Below are positions 9,608-19,923 of a stretch of DNA of 38,272 bases, in pieces (position 1 is the stretch's first letter; every line of letters starts with the position of its first letter). The notes under the pieces are model-generated. The model did not search any database, was not told the DNA's origin, and saw nothing but the letters and a program-made list of their open reading frames with translations. A program made the position numbers and the translations under genes. The DNA comes from Craspedostauros australis (taxonomy: Eukaryota): positions 1 to 38,272 of the forward strand of contig JALAGF010001130.1 of assembly GCA_030167865.1 (NCBI GenBank). Reading direction: 5' to 3'.

Positions 9608-12514
9608 ATGACGAAGCTCACAAAGCCATCGCCGCCGCCGCCGGTGTCCTCCAAAACCAAGGACTACAAAGAGCGGCCAATGGAGACGCTGGACGAGCTG
9701 GACGACCTGCGCAAACGCGGCACGGCCAAACTCCTCAACAAGCACTTCACGCAGACCATCCAGCAGGTCGCCAAGGAACAGGCCGAGGCCGAACGCGCCT
9801 TGCAGGAATTTGAGCGCAAGAAGCACAAGTCGGCCAGCTCCAAATCGTCCAACGCCGCCGTCGCCTTCAATCCCTACGACGCCGTCTATCTGCAGCTCAA
9901 GGAAGCCCAGAAGCAGTGCCGCCGCAAGGAGCAGGAGACCCTGCTGCTGTATCAGCGCTACGTCGCCAAGTACGGCGACACGGGATTGGTGGCCGTGCCA
10001 TCGCTGCAGCGCAAGCGCAAGAAATCCGTCTACGCGGGGCGTCGCGCCGTCGTTCAGTCGGCCAATAATGTCACATTGCCGGCGCATGCCGTGTCGCAGA
10101 CGCACAATCCCTCGCTCACGTTGGCGGCCTTGACGAGCATTCCGCCCGTTATTGTGGAGAAGGACGCGGCCAGCAGCAGCAGCGACGAGGTGGAGATTGG
10201 AGAAGATACCCTCAAGAATCAGCAGGATCTCAATTTCAAGTCGTACTACAAGAAGTTGTACGCGCAGAGGGCCAAGTCGCAGTCCGAAGAAGAACAAGAT
10301 AATGATCGCAATGATCGCAATGATGGTGATGATAATGGTGTTGAAAACGACGGTGGTGAGGTTGTTGAGAAGGAAGACGTTGTGAATGAGGAAGAAGCTA
10401 TGGAGAAGGAGGCAACCGACACTGCAAAGGAGGAGGTGGGGGCAGATGATCAGGTGAGGACGACCGTTGCAACCAACGCAGCCACTATCACCAACAAGGA
10501 AGCTACCGCCAATATGGTCACTGGTACTAACAAAGACAAGGACGAGGACGAGGACGAGGACGAGGACATGAATGAGCCTCCAATCACGCCCAGCACGGCC
10601 GCCACCACAGACAACACGATCACTACCACGGAGATTAATGAGGACACGCCTGCCCAAGTTTCAATGGTAGAGTCCACAGCAGAAGAAGCAGCAGCAGCAG
10701 TATCAGCGAAACCGGAGATTGCAATCGTCACTCCACACCGTGGATATCAGTCCAATCAAGTCAATATTTCCACCGAAACACTCCTGCAAGACCCCAATAC
10801 AGCCGCTGCTGCTGATCCACAACCAAATAACGACGATCTCATTTTGGAAACTCCAAAGAAAGCATTGCGTCTCTCTCCCACCCTCCTCCACGATCCTCTC
10901 GCCATGGGCAAGCAGCGTACCATCAGCAACGACGACGACGAAGACGACGAACAAATCAGCAACAATCCCTTCCTCCCCGCCAACCTCATGACGCAACCAG
11001 CAATCATCCCCAACACCCCCGCCACGCAGGACGCCACCCCCATCAAGAGCAACAAGGCCGCCGACGCCGCATCGTCCAACCTCCTTTCCAAAGCGCACGC
11101 TGACATGACGCCCGTCAGGAACGCCACCGCGGGCTACATCCCCTCCATCCTTCCCACCGTCAGCAACGAGGTCCCTTCCGCCACAACCACGGAGGACGAC
11201 GACGACGAGGACATCCTCTTCACGGCCCAAAACGACGACGACCACGACCTCAGCTCCATCATCTCCGGCCTCACATCGGTGCATTCCGGACTCACGAAGC
11301 AGCAGCTCATGGAAGACCTCGAGAGCCAGCTCAATACCTTCCTCGAGACGGAGACGCAGAACATTCGCAAGATGATGGACGATCCGCCGGAGCAGGCCTC
11401 GTCCGTTGCCAGCGGCAGTCTCTTCGGAGCCGAATCCAGCCGCGCCACGCTGCAGGCAGAGAACATGGCGCGCAAGATGCAGCAGGTTCTCGATAACTTT
11501 GGGCAGGACGATGGTAGCGATGGTAGTGGCAAGGCCGACGGCGCACTTGATGCCGCAGCCAACAAAGACAAAGGCATTGGCACTGGCGGCGACGACGACG
11601 ATGATGATGATGATGGCCCCAAATCCACCAAGATTGGTTACCCGAAAAAGTACGTCACGGAAAACCCCGACGAAGACTGGACGGTCCACTGGGACAGCAA
11701 GCACCGCAGGGAGTACTACTACGAGAAGCACACCAAGCGCTCCATGTGGGAGGCCCCGCCCTCCATCACCTTCCAGAGCGTCGACGAATCCTTCTCCACC
11801 CTGCACGACGAGGACGACCGCAGCATCTACAGCCGCCGCAGCACGGCCCTGATCCAGATCACGCACGAGGACGTCTCTCCCACCGACGACACCAGTCTCA
11901 AGTCGCGCCGCCTAACCTACCGCAAGCAGCAACGCAAACGGCGCAAAAGAAATCTCCGCATCGCCGCCGTCTTCGTCCTCCTCCTCTGCGCCGCGATCGT
12001 CTACTGGCGCACGCGATCGCCCGATGTCACCCACGCGCAATGGATCGAGCAGGAGACCACGCGCCTGCGCGACGCCTACGAGTACCGATTCACAGATCGC
12101 GCCGAGCGAGAAGACAGGGCCCGCGCCGAGGCCGACCGCCGTCAAACGGAGGCGCAACGACGTGCGCAGGAAGAAAGACGACGTGCAAAGGAAGAAATGG
12201 AGCGCGCCGCCCGCATCCACGAGGCCAAGATCGCCGCCGAACTCAAGGCCAAGGAGGACGCCGCCGCCCGCGCTCGCGAGCAGAAGAAGCAGGAGAGCTT
12301 CCAGGCCCTGCTGCGCACCATTGCGGAACGCAAGTTGCAGATTGAGGAGAATCAGAGTTCGTGGAATTGTCGGTTGCCCTTCTCGAAGCAGTTCAATCCG
12401 AGATGCGGAGGCAAGGCGACCTTGAAAGAGCTGGAGCAGAGCGGCGCCATTGCGACGCATGCGCCACCTGTCGTTCTCGACGAGACGCAGATGGTGCAGT
12501 ATTTGATGGAGTAG
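9608..12514 (+). CDS. WW-domain single-pass membrane protein with coiled-coil regions (968 aa)
   Basis: Intronless ORF. It contains a WW domain (EDWTVHWDSKHRREYYYEKHTKRSMWEAPP), a basic stretch RKQQRKRRKRN followed by a TM helix LRIAAVFVLLLCAAIVYW, then an E/R/A/K-rich coiled coil. The N-terminal half is long, acidic and disordered. Confidence 0.85.
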   Translation: MTKLTKPSPPPPVSSKTKDYKERPMETLDELDDLRKRGTAKLLNKHFTQTIQQVAKEQAEAERALQEFERKKHKSASSKSSNAAVAFNPYDAVYLQLKEAQKQCRRKEQETLLLYQRYVAKYGDTGLVAVPSLQRKRKKSVYAGRRAVVQSANNVTLPAHAVSQTHNPSLTLAALTSIPPVIVEKDAASSSSDEVEIGEDTLKNQQDLNFKSYYKKLYAQRAKSQSEEEQDNDRNDRNDGDDNGVENDGGEVVEKEDVVNEEEAMEKEATDTAKEEVGADDQVRTTVATNAATITNKEATANMVTGTNKDKDEDEDEDEDMNEPPITPSTAATTDNTITTTEINEDTPAQVSMVESTAEEAAAAVSAKPEIAIVTPHRGYQSNQVNISTETLLQDPNTAAAADPQPNNDDLILETPKKALRLSPTLLHDPLAMGKQRTISNDDDEDDEQISNNPFLPANLMTQPAIIPNTPATQDATPIKSNKAADAASSNLLSKAHADMTPVRNATAGYIPSILPTVSNEVPSATTTEDDDDEDILFTAQNDDDHDLSSIISGLTSVHSGLTKQQLMEDLESQLNTFLETETQNIRKMMDDPPEQASSVASGSLFGAESSRATLQAENMARKMQQVLDNFGQDDGSDGSGKADGALDAAANKDKGIGTGGDDDDDDDDGPKSTKIGYPKKYVTENPDEDWTVHWDSKHRREYYYEKHTKRSMWEAPPSITFQSVDESFSTLHDEDDRSIYSRRSTALIQITHEDVSPTDDTSLKSRRLTYRKQQRKRRKRNLRIAAVFVLLLCAAIVYWRTRSPDVTHAQWIEQETTRLRDAYEYRFTDRAEREDRARAEADRRQTEAQRRAQEERRRAKEEMERAARIHEAKIAAELKAKEDAAARAREQKKQESFQALLRTIAERKLQIEENQSSWNCRLPFSKQFNPRCGGKATLKELEQSGAIATHAPPVVLDETQMVQYLME

Positions 12515-12609
12515 AGTACGTAAAAGCAAGCTAGAGAAAACTCGATTTACACACGCAACTTTTGGCGCCACTCGCACACGCATTTTGCGAACACAAAAAT
12601 CCTGACACG

Positions 12610-13560
12610 ATGAAACGCAAAGACATGATCACAACCATGTTGGTGGTGGCCATCGCCGCCGTCTTTGTCGTCCAGATCCTGTGCCTCGTCCTGTTGATGG
12701 ATCAAGATACGACAGTCGCAACGGCAGTAGCACCATGCATCCCTGATGCGCAGCAGCAACCCCAAAGACCGTTGTCCTACTACCACCAGCAGCACAAGAT
12801 CAACCTCGATGCCAAAGTCCCGCTGGTGATGGTCGGCACGGACGGTTCCGGCACGCGCGGCGTCGCCGCCATCCTGCAGCAGCTCGGCGTGCCGCTCGTC
12901 GTCGACGACTTCGTGCAGCTCGATGTGCACGCCGCTTCCATTGGCGGATGGACGCCGCTGGTCCGGTCGGCGCTGTCGCACAAAGACATTGATGCGGTGT
13001 TGTCGCAGTATCTGCTGCGAGAATTGCCTCCACGCTGGGATCAGCAGTACGCCACTCACGAACACGCGGCGATGTCACCGACGGTGTCGTTCGCATTCAA
13101 GGCACCCATCGCCATGACGTTGATTCCGCAGTTGCGCCGCATCTTCGACGGGCGATTCAAGCTCGTGCACGTCGTGCGGGATGGACGCGATATCGCCTTT
13201 TCCGACAACCAATCGCCCGTCAACAAGTACTACGAAGTCGTCCACGGCAAGGACGGCAGCGATACTCACTGCAAGGCCATGCGGTTGTGGAACGACTGGA
13301 ACGTGCAGGCGCATCGGTGGATGCGCGATGATCCCAATTACCTCGTGGTCCGATCCGAAGATCTCATGTCGCCACGGCGCGGCGCGGTACTGCAGCGGTT
13401 GGCGCGGTTTGTCGATGCGCCTGGTGTGCCGTGCTCGTTGCGGGAGGTTCCGCAGCGGGGGTCGTACGGCAAGTGGAAGCAGCTTGCGGATGCAGGCATG
13501 CTGCAAGAGCTGAATCGAATCGGGAAGGAGGGGTTGGAGTTGTTCGGGTACGTTGACTAG
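12610..13560 (+). CDS. Sulfotransferase family protein, type II membrane (Golgi-like)
   Basis: ATG at 12610 (MKRKDM) is followed by the signal anchor MLVVAIAAVFVVQILCLVLLM. The 5'-PSB-like loop VMVGTDGSGTRGVAAILQQLG, the 3'-PB motif KLVHVVRDGRDIAFS, YLVVRSEDL and a C-terminal GKWK...LELFGY are all present. Confidence 0.85.
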   Translation: MKRKDMITTMLVVAIAAVFVVQILCLVLLMDQDTTVATAVAPCIPDAQQQPQRPLSYYHQQHKINLDAKVPLVMVGTDGSGTRGVAAILQQLGVPLVVDDFVQLDVHAASIGGWTPLVRSALSHKDIDAVLSQYLLRELPPRWDQQYATHEHAAMSPTVSFAFKAPIAMTLIPQLRRIFDGRFKLVHVVRDGRDIAFSDNQSPVNKYYEVVHGKDGSDTHCKAMRLWNDWNVQAHRWMRDDPNYLVVRSEDLMSPRRGAVLQRLARFVDAPGVPCSLREVPQRGSYGKWKQLADAGMLQELNRIGKEGLELFGYVD

Positions 13561-13738
13561 TTCATGCGAACTAATGGGATGTCTTTCATAACACTTCATC
13601 AATACACAATTCATTTTATCGTGTCTGCTGTTCACGATATCCACTGTGGCTCAACCATCCCCGCTCCCCGCTCCCCGTGTGCCATGGTTGTACTCGTATG
13701 CACATACTAGGCGGTAAGTGTATCACATGCCAAGCATG

Positions 13739-16471
13739 TTACGTGCTGTTATCGAACTCCACCGCGAAGTCCACCAACCTTAGCAACTGGTCGAACTCCG
13801 TCGGTATGGTGTCATTCAATTCGTTTCCTTCCAGCCGGAGCTTCGTGATGTTCGCCAGTTCACTAAGTTCCGTTGGGATCGTCCCTGTGAGATAGTTGTT
13901 CGATAGGTCCAGACAGTCCAACTCTATCAATTCGCCCAATTCGGATGGGATCGGCCCCGTCAAGTCGTTGTCGCTCAACATCAAATTGGTGAGGCGGTCC
14001 AGGTTGCCCAATTCGGTAGGGATCGCACCATAAATGAAATTCCTGTCCAGCTCCAAGTCTTCCAAAGCGATCAAAGCGCCCAACTCTGTCGGCAATTCGC
14101 CCGAGATAGAGGCGCTTTGAATCCAGAGGACCTCCAAGGCAGTCAACCTACCGATCTCGGTGGGCAGGTCCTCCACTCCGGCCCAGGTGAGAAACAGACC
14201 TCTCAGCGAAGTCATGTTCCCGATCTCACTTGGGATCGCCCCTTCGATGAAAGTGTACGAGAGGTCGAGGAATTCTAGCTCCGTCAGCTTCCCGATCGTT
14301 GTGGGAAGATTTCCTGATAATATTGTGTAATCTGCGATGAAGCTTGTCAACTTGGTGCACTCGCCAATCTCAGACGGGATGGCTCCAGTGATATGCATGG
14401 AGGCCAAGTTGATGTCCCTCAGATTCGTCAGGAGCCCGATCTCTGTTGGGATCTTGTCACTGGCAAAAGTATCTGTCAAATCAAGGGTTTCGAGTTGCTT
14501 GAGGTTGCCAAGCTCCGGCGTGAGAACTCCACTAATGAAGTTGAGAGCAAGGTTGAGGTCTCTCAAGTTGGTCAGCAAGAAGAATCCTGGATCCATGCTT
14601 CCGAGCAACTCATTGGATTTCAAGTCTAAACCAATGACCTGTTCAGCATCGTTGCATGTTACGCCACGTGAATTGTCTCGCCAGCTGCAGATATCCTTAT
14701 CGCTCATAAACTCGTATGGATTCGCCCAGCATAGAGTTTCGGCTGACAAGTAAACGGTTGCAAGTGCGTAATAGTCCACCAGACGACTTGTGGCATTCGC
14801 CGTGCCTTCGGCCATCAACTGTGATGGGATATCGTTGTTTCCATTCGACATCCAGTCCAGCACACGGTGCGGGATGCTGTCGCTGTCCCTGATCGTTGAC
14901 ATCTGGAGGGACATCGGTGGCTCTTGAAGGATTGGTGTCAGGAAATCTAGCATCGCGAAGAATGTCTCGGTCTGCGCGATTCCCTCGGTGGGTTGGCTCG
15001 ATGGGAGAGTCGATGGTATCTGTGACGGTGCCACCGACGGGGTGACTGAGGGGACATTGGATGGAGGGACTGAAGGGGTCTTCGACGGAGTGGCGGAGAG
15101 GACATTGGATGGAGGGACTGAAGGGGTCTTCGACGGGCTGGTCGATGGTGCGGAGGATGGGGCTGGCGATGGCCGAACGCTTGGTGTCGTGGTTGGAAGG
15201 CTTGTCGCAGTACCATCGCTCACCGTCAATTCCACCGCGTTTCCACCGCTGTCTCCAGGCAGAACGAGAACCACCACGATCGCGGTCACGATGGAGAGGA
15301 CAATGATGACCAGGACGGTAATGATCCACATCCACTTTCGCTTCTCCTTCGCTTCATCAATCGACGAGTTGCCGATGTCGGCTTCCTCATCTCGGTTGTT
15401 GTTGTTGTTGGCACCAGATCCAATGGGCTCTGCCACTACAGCACCGAATGGAGCACCCAATGGAGCAGGCGTCGACTGTTGTTTCTGTCGCTCCACTTCG
15501 CGAAGGATGATATCGCGGACATCAGACGCAGTCAGTTGATGGTTGACTGCGACAGCAGAAGCTAGGCGTTCTGGTGTTGCGCCTTGAGATGGAGGGACTC
15601 TCGCTGCAACGCCTGCGGCGACATCAGGACGTCCTGTGCGTGTTGCGAGCGTGGTTGGTGCAGGTTCGGCTGTCTCCAAGCTGTCGCCTTCAGATCGTAC
15701 AGCTGTTATGGTCTTATTGCTGGATGTGACGCTCCCTGGCAAGGCTTGAGAATATGCGCTTCCATCACCTTTACCTCCTCCACCACCATCCGCGGCAGCA
15801 AGATCATTGGTATCTTCCAATCCCGTCTTCTCAGGTTTCTTTTCTGTTGTGTGAGTGACGGCGACGGCTGGATCCTTCTCATTGAGGTTGTCTTGTTTGT
15901 TTGCTCCTGTTCCTTCAACTGCACCTCTGCCATTGATGGCTTGATCATGGTCATCTTGGATCACTTTGAGATCTATGAGCGACGAGTCCTTGGTCGGGGT
16001 GCTGTGGATATGGACTGAACTGGGCGTTTCATCGCTTTCATTGTGCTGTGGTGTCGATGGCTCCGCCAAAGTGGACTCGACGATGAGATCGTACCGTTGT
16101 TGTTCCGACTCTCTGGCTGACTTTCTTGCCTCCTTGCGTTCGCTGGCTTGACCTCCCGGTACTGTTCCTACCATCATGGAACGATGGGGACTCTCGGGAT
16201 TCTTTGGAGGAGGAGAATTGGCAGAGTTGATAGCTCCACCCTCCGTTGGTTCTCGTCCAACGACACCCTGCTCATCACCATGCTCATCACCAGCTTCAAC
16301 AGCATCGCCATCGTGCAAGGCTGCGAACCGATGGCTGTATCTCTGAGGTTGTCCTCGATGTTGGCTTCGCCTGTGGCGTACCGGGCCTGTTGGTGGCGGT
16401 ACTGTTGGGGCTGGTTCCTCACCACCGCCGCCGCCTTGTTCATTGTCACGATCATCGCGGCTGTTGTCCAT
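13739..16471 (-). CDS. Leucine-rich repeat single-pass membrane protein (910 aa)
   Basis: A disordered N-terminus precedes KEKRKW and a TM segment (WIITVLVIIVLSIVTAIVVVLVL). Then come a P/S/T-rich stalk, an LRR N-cap (YYALATVY...DICSW...GVTCN) and about 12 plant-type LRRs (LxxLxLxxNxLxGxIPxELGxL). There is no kinase domain. Confidence 0.92.
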   Translation of the reverse strand: MDNSRDDRDNEQGGGGGEEPAPTVPPPTGPVRHRRSQHRGQPQRYSHRFAALHDGDAVEAGDEHGDEQGVVGREPTEGGAINSANSPPPKNPESPHRSMMVGTVPGGQASERKEARKSARESEQQRYDLIVESTLAEPSTPQHNESDETPSSVHIHSTPTKDSSLIDLKVIQDDHDQAINGRGAVEGTGANKQDNLNEKDPAVAVTHTTEKKPEKTGLEDTNDLAAADGGGGGKGDGSAYSQALPGSVTSSNKTITAVRSEGDSLETAEPAPTTLATRTGRPDVAAGVAARVPPSQGATPERLASAVAVNHQLTASDVRDIILREVERQKQQSTPAPLGAPFGAVVAEPIGSGANNNNNRDEEADIGNSSIDEAKEKRKWMWIITVLVIIVLSIVTAIVVVLVLPGDSGGNAVELTVSDGTATSLPTTTPSVRPSPAPSSAPSTSPSKTPSVPPSNVLSATPSKTPSVPPSNVPSVTPSVAPSQIPSTLPSSQPTEGIAQTETFFAMLDFLTPILQEPPMSLQMSTIRDSDSIPHRVLDWMSNGNNDIPSQLMAEGTANATSRLVDYYALATVYLSAETLCWANPYEFMSDKDICSWRDNSRGVTCNDAEQVIGLDLKSNELLGSMDPGFFLLTNLRDLNLALNFISGVLTPELGNLKQLETLDLTDTFASDKIPTEIGLLTNLRDINLASMHITGAIPSEIGECTKLTSFIADYTILSGNLPTTIGKLTELEFLDLSYTFIEGAIPSEIGNMTSLRGLFLTWAGVEDLPTEIGRLTALEVLWIQSASISGELPTELGALIALEDLELDRNFIYGAIPTELGNLDRLTNLMLSDNDLTGPIPSELGELIELDCLDLSNNYLTGTIPTELSELANITKLRLEGNELNDTIPTEFDQLLRLVDFAVEFDNST
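15052..15136. repeat. Coding tandem duplication with 48-bp period in the LRR-protein stalk
   Basis: ggacattggatggagggactgaaggggtcttcgacgg occurs at 15052 and 15100, encoding PSKTPSVPPSNV twice. Confidence 0.9.
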
Positions 16472-16793
16472 GTTGCGCGTGAGATTGTGAATGAGTTTGT
16501 TTGCGTTGATTGCAACTCGAGCGAGTTTGTGTGGCCAGAGTCAGGTAGGTACTCGCCTGGCGTTGAATTCCACCTTCGCCAGAGCGTTGGTCGGACGAGT
16601 CAAATGGGGTTGGTTTCATCGCTCCGCCAGAACGCGTCACAACACAACACGATCCGTGAATTTCACCGAAGTTGTATCCAAACTCCAAAACGAATGAGCA
16701 CAGCTCACACAACGACACCGACAAGCAGACATCACGAGGAGCGCACAAACCATCATCGACGAATTTTACGAGCAACATGCCATGCGACGACCA

Positions 16794-17145
16794 TGGTGAT
16801 GGTCGGTGCAACCTCTGACAAGGTTGTGACACTTCTGACGCCATACAGCTTTGTGATCGTTGTTGCCATCTTCGGCGTGATGATCCCCTCTGGTGCCTTT
16901 TCTGTTTGAACCGGCACACCGCGAGCACTCCAGCCAGTGCTGATCCTCAGAAGGCCGAGATCGCCATCCAAGGATGAAAGCATCATCTTCGATGAAAAAC
17001 GTGCAAAGGAGATTGTGGACAAGCCCATCAAGTAGCAATAGCCCAACAAACTTGGCCTCAAGTATCATCTCCCAGGCATGGCTGCAATCAAGACAGCTGA
17101 TGGAAAACTACAACAAGGAGGAGGAGGAACAGACAAACAAGGTAT
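16794..17145 (+). pseudogene. Possible decayed fragment of a signal-peptide / plastid-targeted gene
   Basis: One frame reads MVMVGATSDKVVTLLTPYSFVIVVAIFGVMIPSGAFSV*TGTPRALQPVLILRRPRSPSKDESIIFDEKRAKEIVDKPIK*Q*PNKLGLKYHLPGMAAIK. This is a hydrophobic leader with a GAF motif and protein-like sequence broken by TGA (16907) and two TAGs. The region is locally CpG-poor. The parent gene is not identified. Confidence 0.3.
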
Positions 17146-17400
17146 CCAACAAACCACGTCCTGCACCTACTCAACGAACGAAGGAACGGATGAACGAACA
17201 CGTCTCATGGTCTCTGATTGTAGTCCAGAGCATGTGTTGTGTGGTTGTACCATACTATGTTTGTGTGAGTGTTTGGGGAGTGACCAGAGCATACGACTAC
17301 GAATATCATACCCTCTCCAAAGAGCAATACATCGGCATCAGTTCTGCATTGTATCGTCCCTTTTGGTTTGTCAAACCGCAATGCTTGTTGCCACCGTGGA

Positions 17401-19251
17401 CTACATGCTGTTGTACAACGGAGTCAGCGCATCCAGCAGTCCTTCTTGTTCGATGGCGCAAGTATCAAAATACGTGGATACGTTGGGCATGCAGGTTACA
17501 TCTGCGTGGATTGGTTCCTCTGACAAGGACATCGCCTCATCATTTTGTGCACTGGACAACGACATGGCGACCAACCGGGCCACGCCCCTGCTCGTGCCTT
17601 CGTTTGTATCGCTGTCCATTACAACCTGCAGACCCAGCGCATCCGCGAGACTCTGTCTCCAGTACGCATTGGATTCCAAGGCTTTGCCGCTGACGAGCAC
17701 GGTCGGTCGATCTTCATCGGCGCGGCTCTGAAGGATGAGTTGCACGATTGCCTGTATCCGCAGCGTGACACCATCCAAGCAGGACTTGACGAACTGTGCT
17801 GCAGTCGTTTGACGCGTCAATCCCACAACGGCCCCGCTTGCTCCTGTTCGATATCCTGTGCTGCGTTCGCCGCTCAAAAATGGGATCATGGTCAGTCTCC
17901 CTGCATGGTTGCTGCCTTTTTGGCGCTCGGAACGGGCGATCGCTTCGACATCCTCCATGCAACGACCGATCGCTTCTTTGGTCGTGAGGTTGAGGAACTT
18001 GGTCGCCCACTCAAAGACGCTTCCACCATCCGTCAAAGCACCGCCGATGAGAATATGATGCCGATTAATGCGATACATGAATAGACCCTTGGGAGCCTGC
18101 AGAAGTTGCGGAGGTGAATCCCCCTCATCTTCGTCCCCTGCAGGTGTTGGCGCATTTGGTTGGATGGGGTACCTCAGGCATATCCTCGATGCGGCCGACG
18201 TGCCGATGGTTACAGCGATGCGTGATGATGTGCAGCATTTGGATCCAATGTTGGCACATGCTCCATCGCCCAAGCCCAAGAACAGCTTGCTGCTTTGCAA
18301 TTCTGGCCATCGCTTGGCATACTCGTTGAAGTCGGCGTTGGCAGAGCCGGATCCCACCTTGCCGTCGAATTCGTCAAAGTCCTTCAACGATGGCAACGCA
18401 GCACGGCATGCCGCAGGTAGCAATGCCAACGCCTGCACATCGTACTGACACGTGTGCACATTGAGAAGTCCGGTCCAACTGGCTTCCGAGAACGACAATG
18501 GTACGTCGCGCATTGCGGTCCACCGGCTCAAGCAGACCCCAGGGATGCTCTGCCACCGATGAACATGACCTGCGGACAGCTCGCGCAGCTGCGGGATGGC
18601 GTAGGCGCTGTGAATCGGTGCTCCCGTACTGCAATACAAGTCAGCTTGTATCCCGGCGCATGCGCGCGCCACCTGTGGAGTGTTGCAGGCGTAGCTGATG
18701 GTGGCCTCGTTGCCCACGGGATGGCCGCGATCGTCCAAGCCGATGAGGTTCATGACGAAGCATGAGAAGCCAACGGCCTCAATAACAAAGGCAGCGTCGT
18801 TGTGGTTGCTGTCGTTAGTGAACGACTTGCGGAGCCGCTGGATGGCATCATCGACGCACTGATCTACGAGATCGAAGATGCTGCCGTCGCCAGTGCCGTT
18901 GTTGTTGCCATCTGTTGTTTCAAAGATGCGTATCTTGCCAGTGTTGGGTTCAATGGCGCTGTAGGCAATGTGGGACGAGCAATCAGGGAGCATCGTGACA
19001 TGATGGCCCGTGCCATCCTGAGACTGGGAACATCCATAGGCGGAACATCGGATGCTGCTGCTCCCGATGTCCAAAGCAAGGATGATTCTCGCCGTCCCGC
19101 TGTTGTGTTCCGTCATGGTTGCCGTTGCCAAGTCGAGGCCGAAGGGTGTGCCTTTGGAGGGGAGGTGGGTGCACGCCTTTTCAGAGCAAGAGAAGCAATG
19201 AGCGGGAGAGGTGGCTGCCACTGCGTTCGAGGACTTCTGCAGACTCACCAT
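17401..19251 (-). CDS. FGGY-family carbohydrate kinase, gluconokinase-like
   Basis: ILALDIGSSSIRC (phosphate-1), VGFSCFVMNLIGLD, TGAPIHS, SEASWTGLLN, GLGDGACANIGS, AVTIGTSAASR, IGGALTDGG, PFLSGERSTG and WRQSLADALG follow the GntK-type FGGY pattern. The exact start codon is uncertain. Confidence 0.88.
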   Translation of the reverse strand: MVSLQKSSNAVAATSPAHCFSCSEKACTHLPSKGTPFGLDLATATMTEHNSGTARIILALDIGSSSIRCSAYGCSQSQDGTGHHVTMLPDCSSHIAYSAIEPNTGKIRIFETTDGNNNGTGDGSIFDLVDQCVDDAIQRLRKSFTNDSNHNDAAFVIEAVGFSCFVMNLIGLDDRGHPVGNEATISYACNTPQVARACAGIQADLYCSTGAPIHSAYAIPQLRELSAGHVHRWQSIPGVCLSRWTAMRDVPLSFSEASWTGLLNVHTCQYDVQALALLPAACRAALPSLKDFDEFDGKVGSGSANADFNEYAKRWPELQSSKLFLGLGDGACANIGSKCCTSSRIAVTIGTSAASRICLRYPIQPNAPTPAGDEDEGDSPPQLLQAPKGLFMYRINRHHILIGGALTDGGSVFEWATKFLNLTTKEAIGRCMEDVEAIARSERQKGSNHAGRLTMIPFLSGERSTGYRTGASGAVVGLTRQTTAAQFVKSCLDGVTLRIQAIVQLILQSRADEDRPTVLVSGKALESNAYWRQSLADALGLQVVMDSDTNEGTSRGVARLVAMSLSSAQNDEAMSLSEEPIHADVTCMPNVSTYFDTCAIEQEGLLDALTPLYNSM

Positions 19252-19923
19252 CTACATTGCGCCTTCCGACCTCACTCTTCTGCATTCGTGAAGCCTGCGA
19301 AGATTTGTTTGTTTTCCTTCTCGGGTTCGCTTTTCGTTGTTGTTGACACTCGTGAGTGAACGGGTCGTAGTTCTCTTCACGTCTTTTTCGTGGATGGTCG
19401 CAGATGATTAGTTCGGATGAGTCATTTGGGTCACGCGTCGCGTGATTGAATGGAGAGATTGTCGGATTGAATCGTGGCGTTTTGCCCCAAACCAAGAGTT
19501 GCTTCTCCCTTGATGAATTTCGACAATGACACGAAACAACGCAACGGTCACAATCATAGGTCGTGGTGTTGTACGACTAGTCGTACGAACTAACTCCACA
19601 CTTGACCACTCCATCCAAGGATCCGAAGAGCACTCGCACGACACGGAGGAAAGGACGATATTGCAGGAAAGAATAGGAAGAACGACGGCTCGCAATCAGC
19701 AGTGGGGATTGAGCGGCGTGGTGTTGTGTTGGCACAGGTCGCATGATCGCAGATTGCGATTTCGTGGCTGGATTTGCAGTCGGTGATTGGATGTCGGTTT
19801 GATCAGTCGCGTTCGTCATCATCTGCGGCCAATTCTCGCAGTCGCAGCCTCTGTCCTCGGCCGTGGACCAGCGCAGCAGCCGTCTGGCATAGTACTATTC
19901 TATATATCCACAATACGGTCATC

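Noticed and set aside
16907..16909. In-frame TGA as a possible selenocysteine or recoded codon
   Set aside because: Two TAG stops follow in the same frame, there is no redox motif or evident SECIS, and other genes here use all three stops normally.
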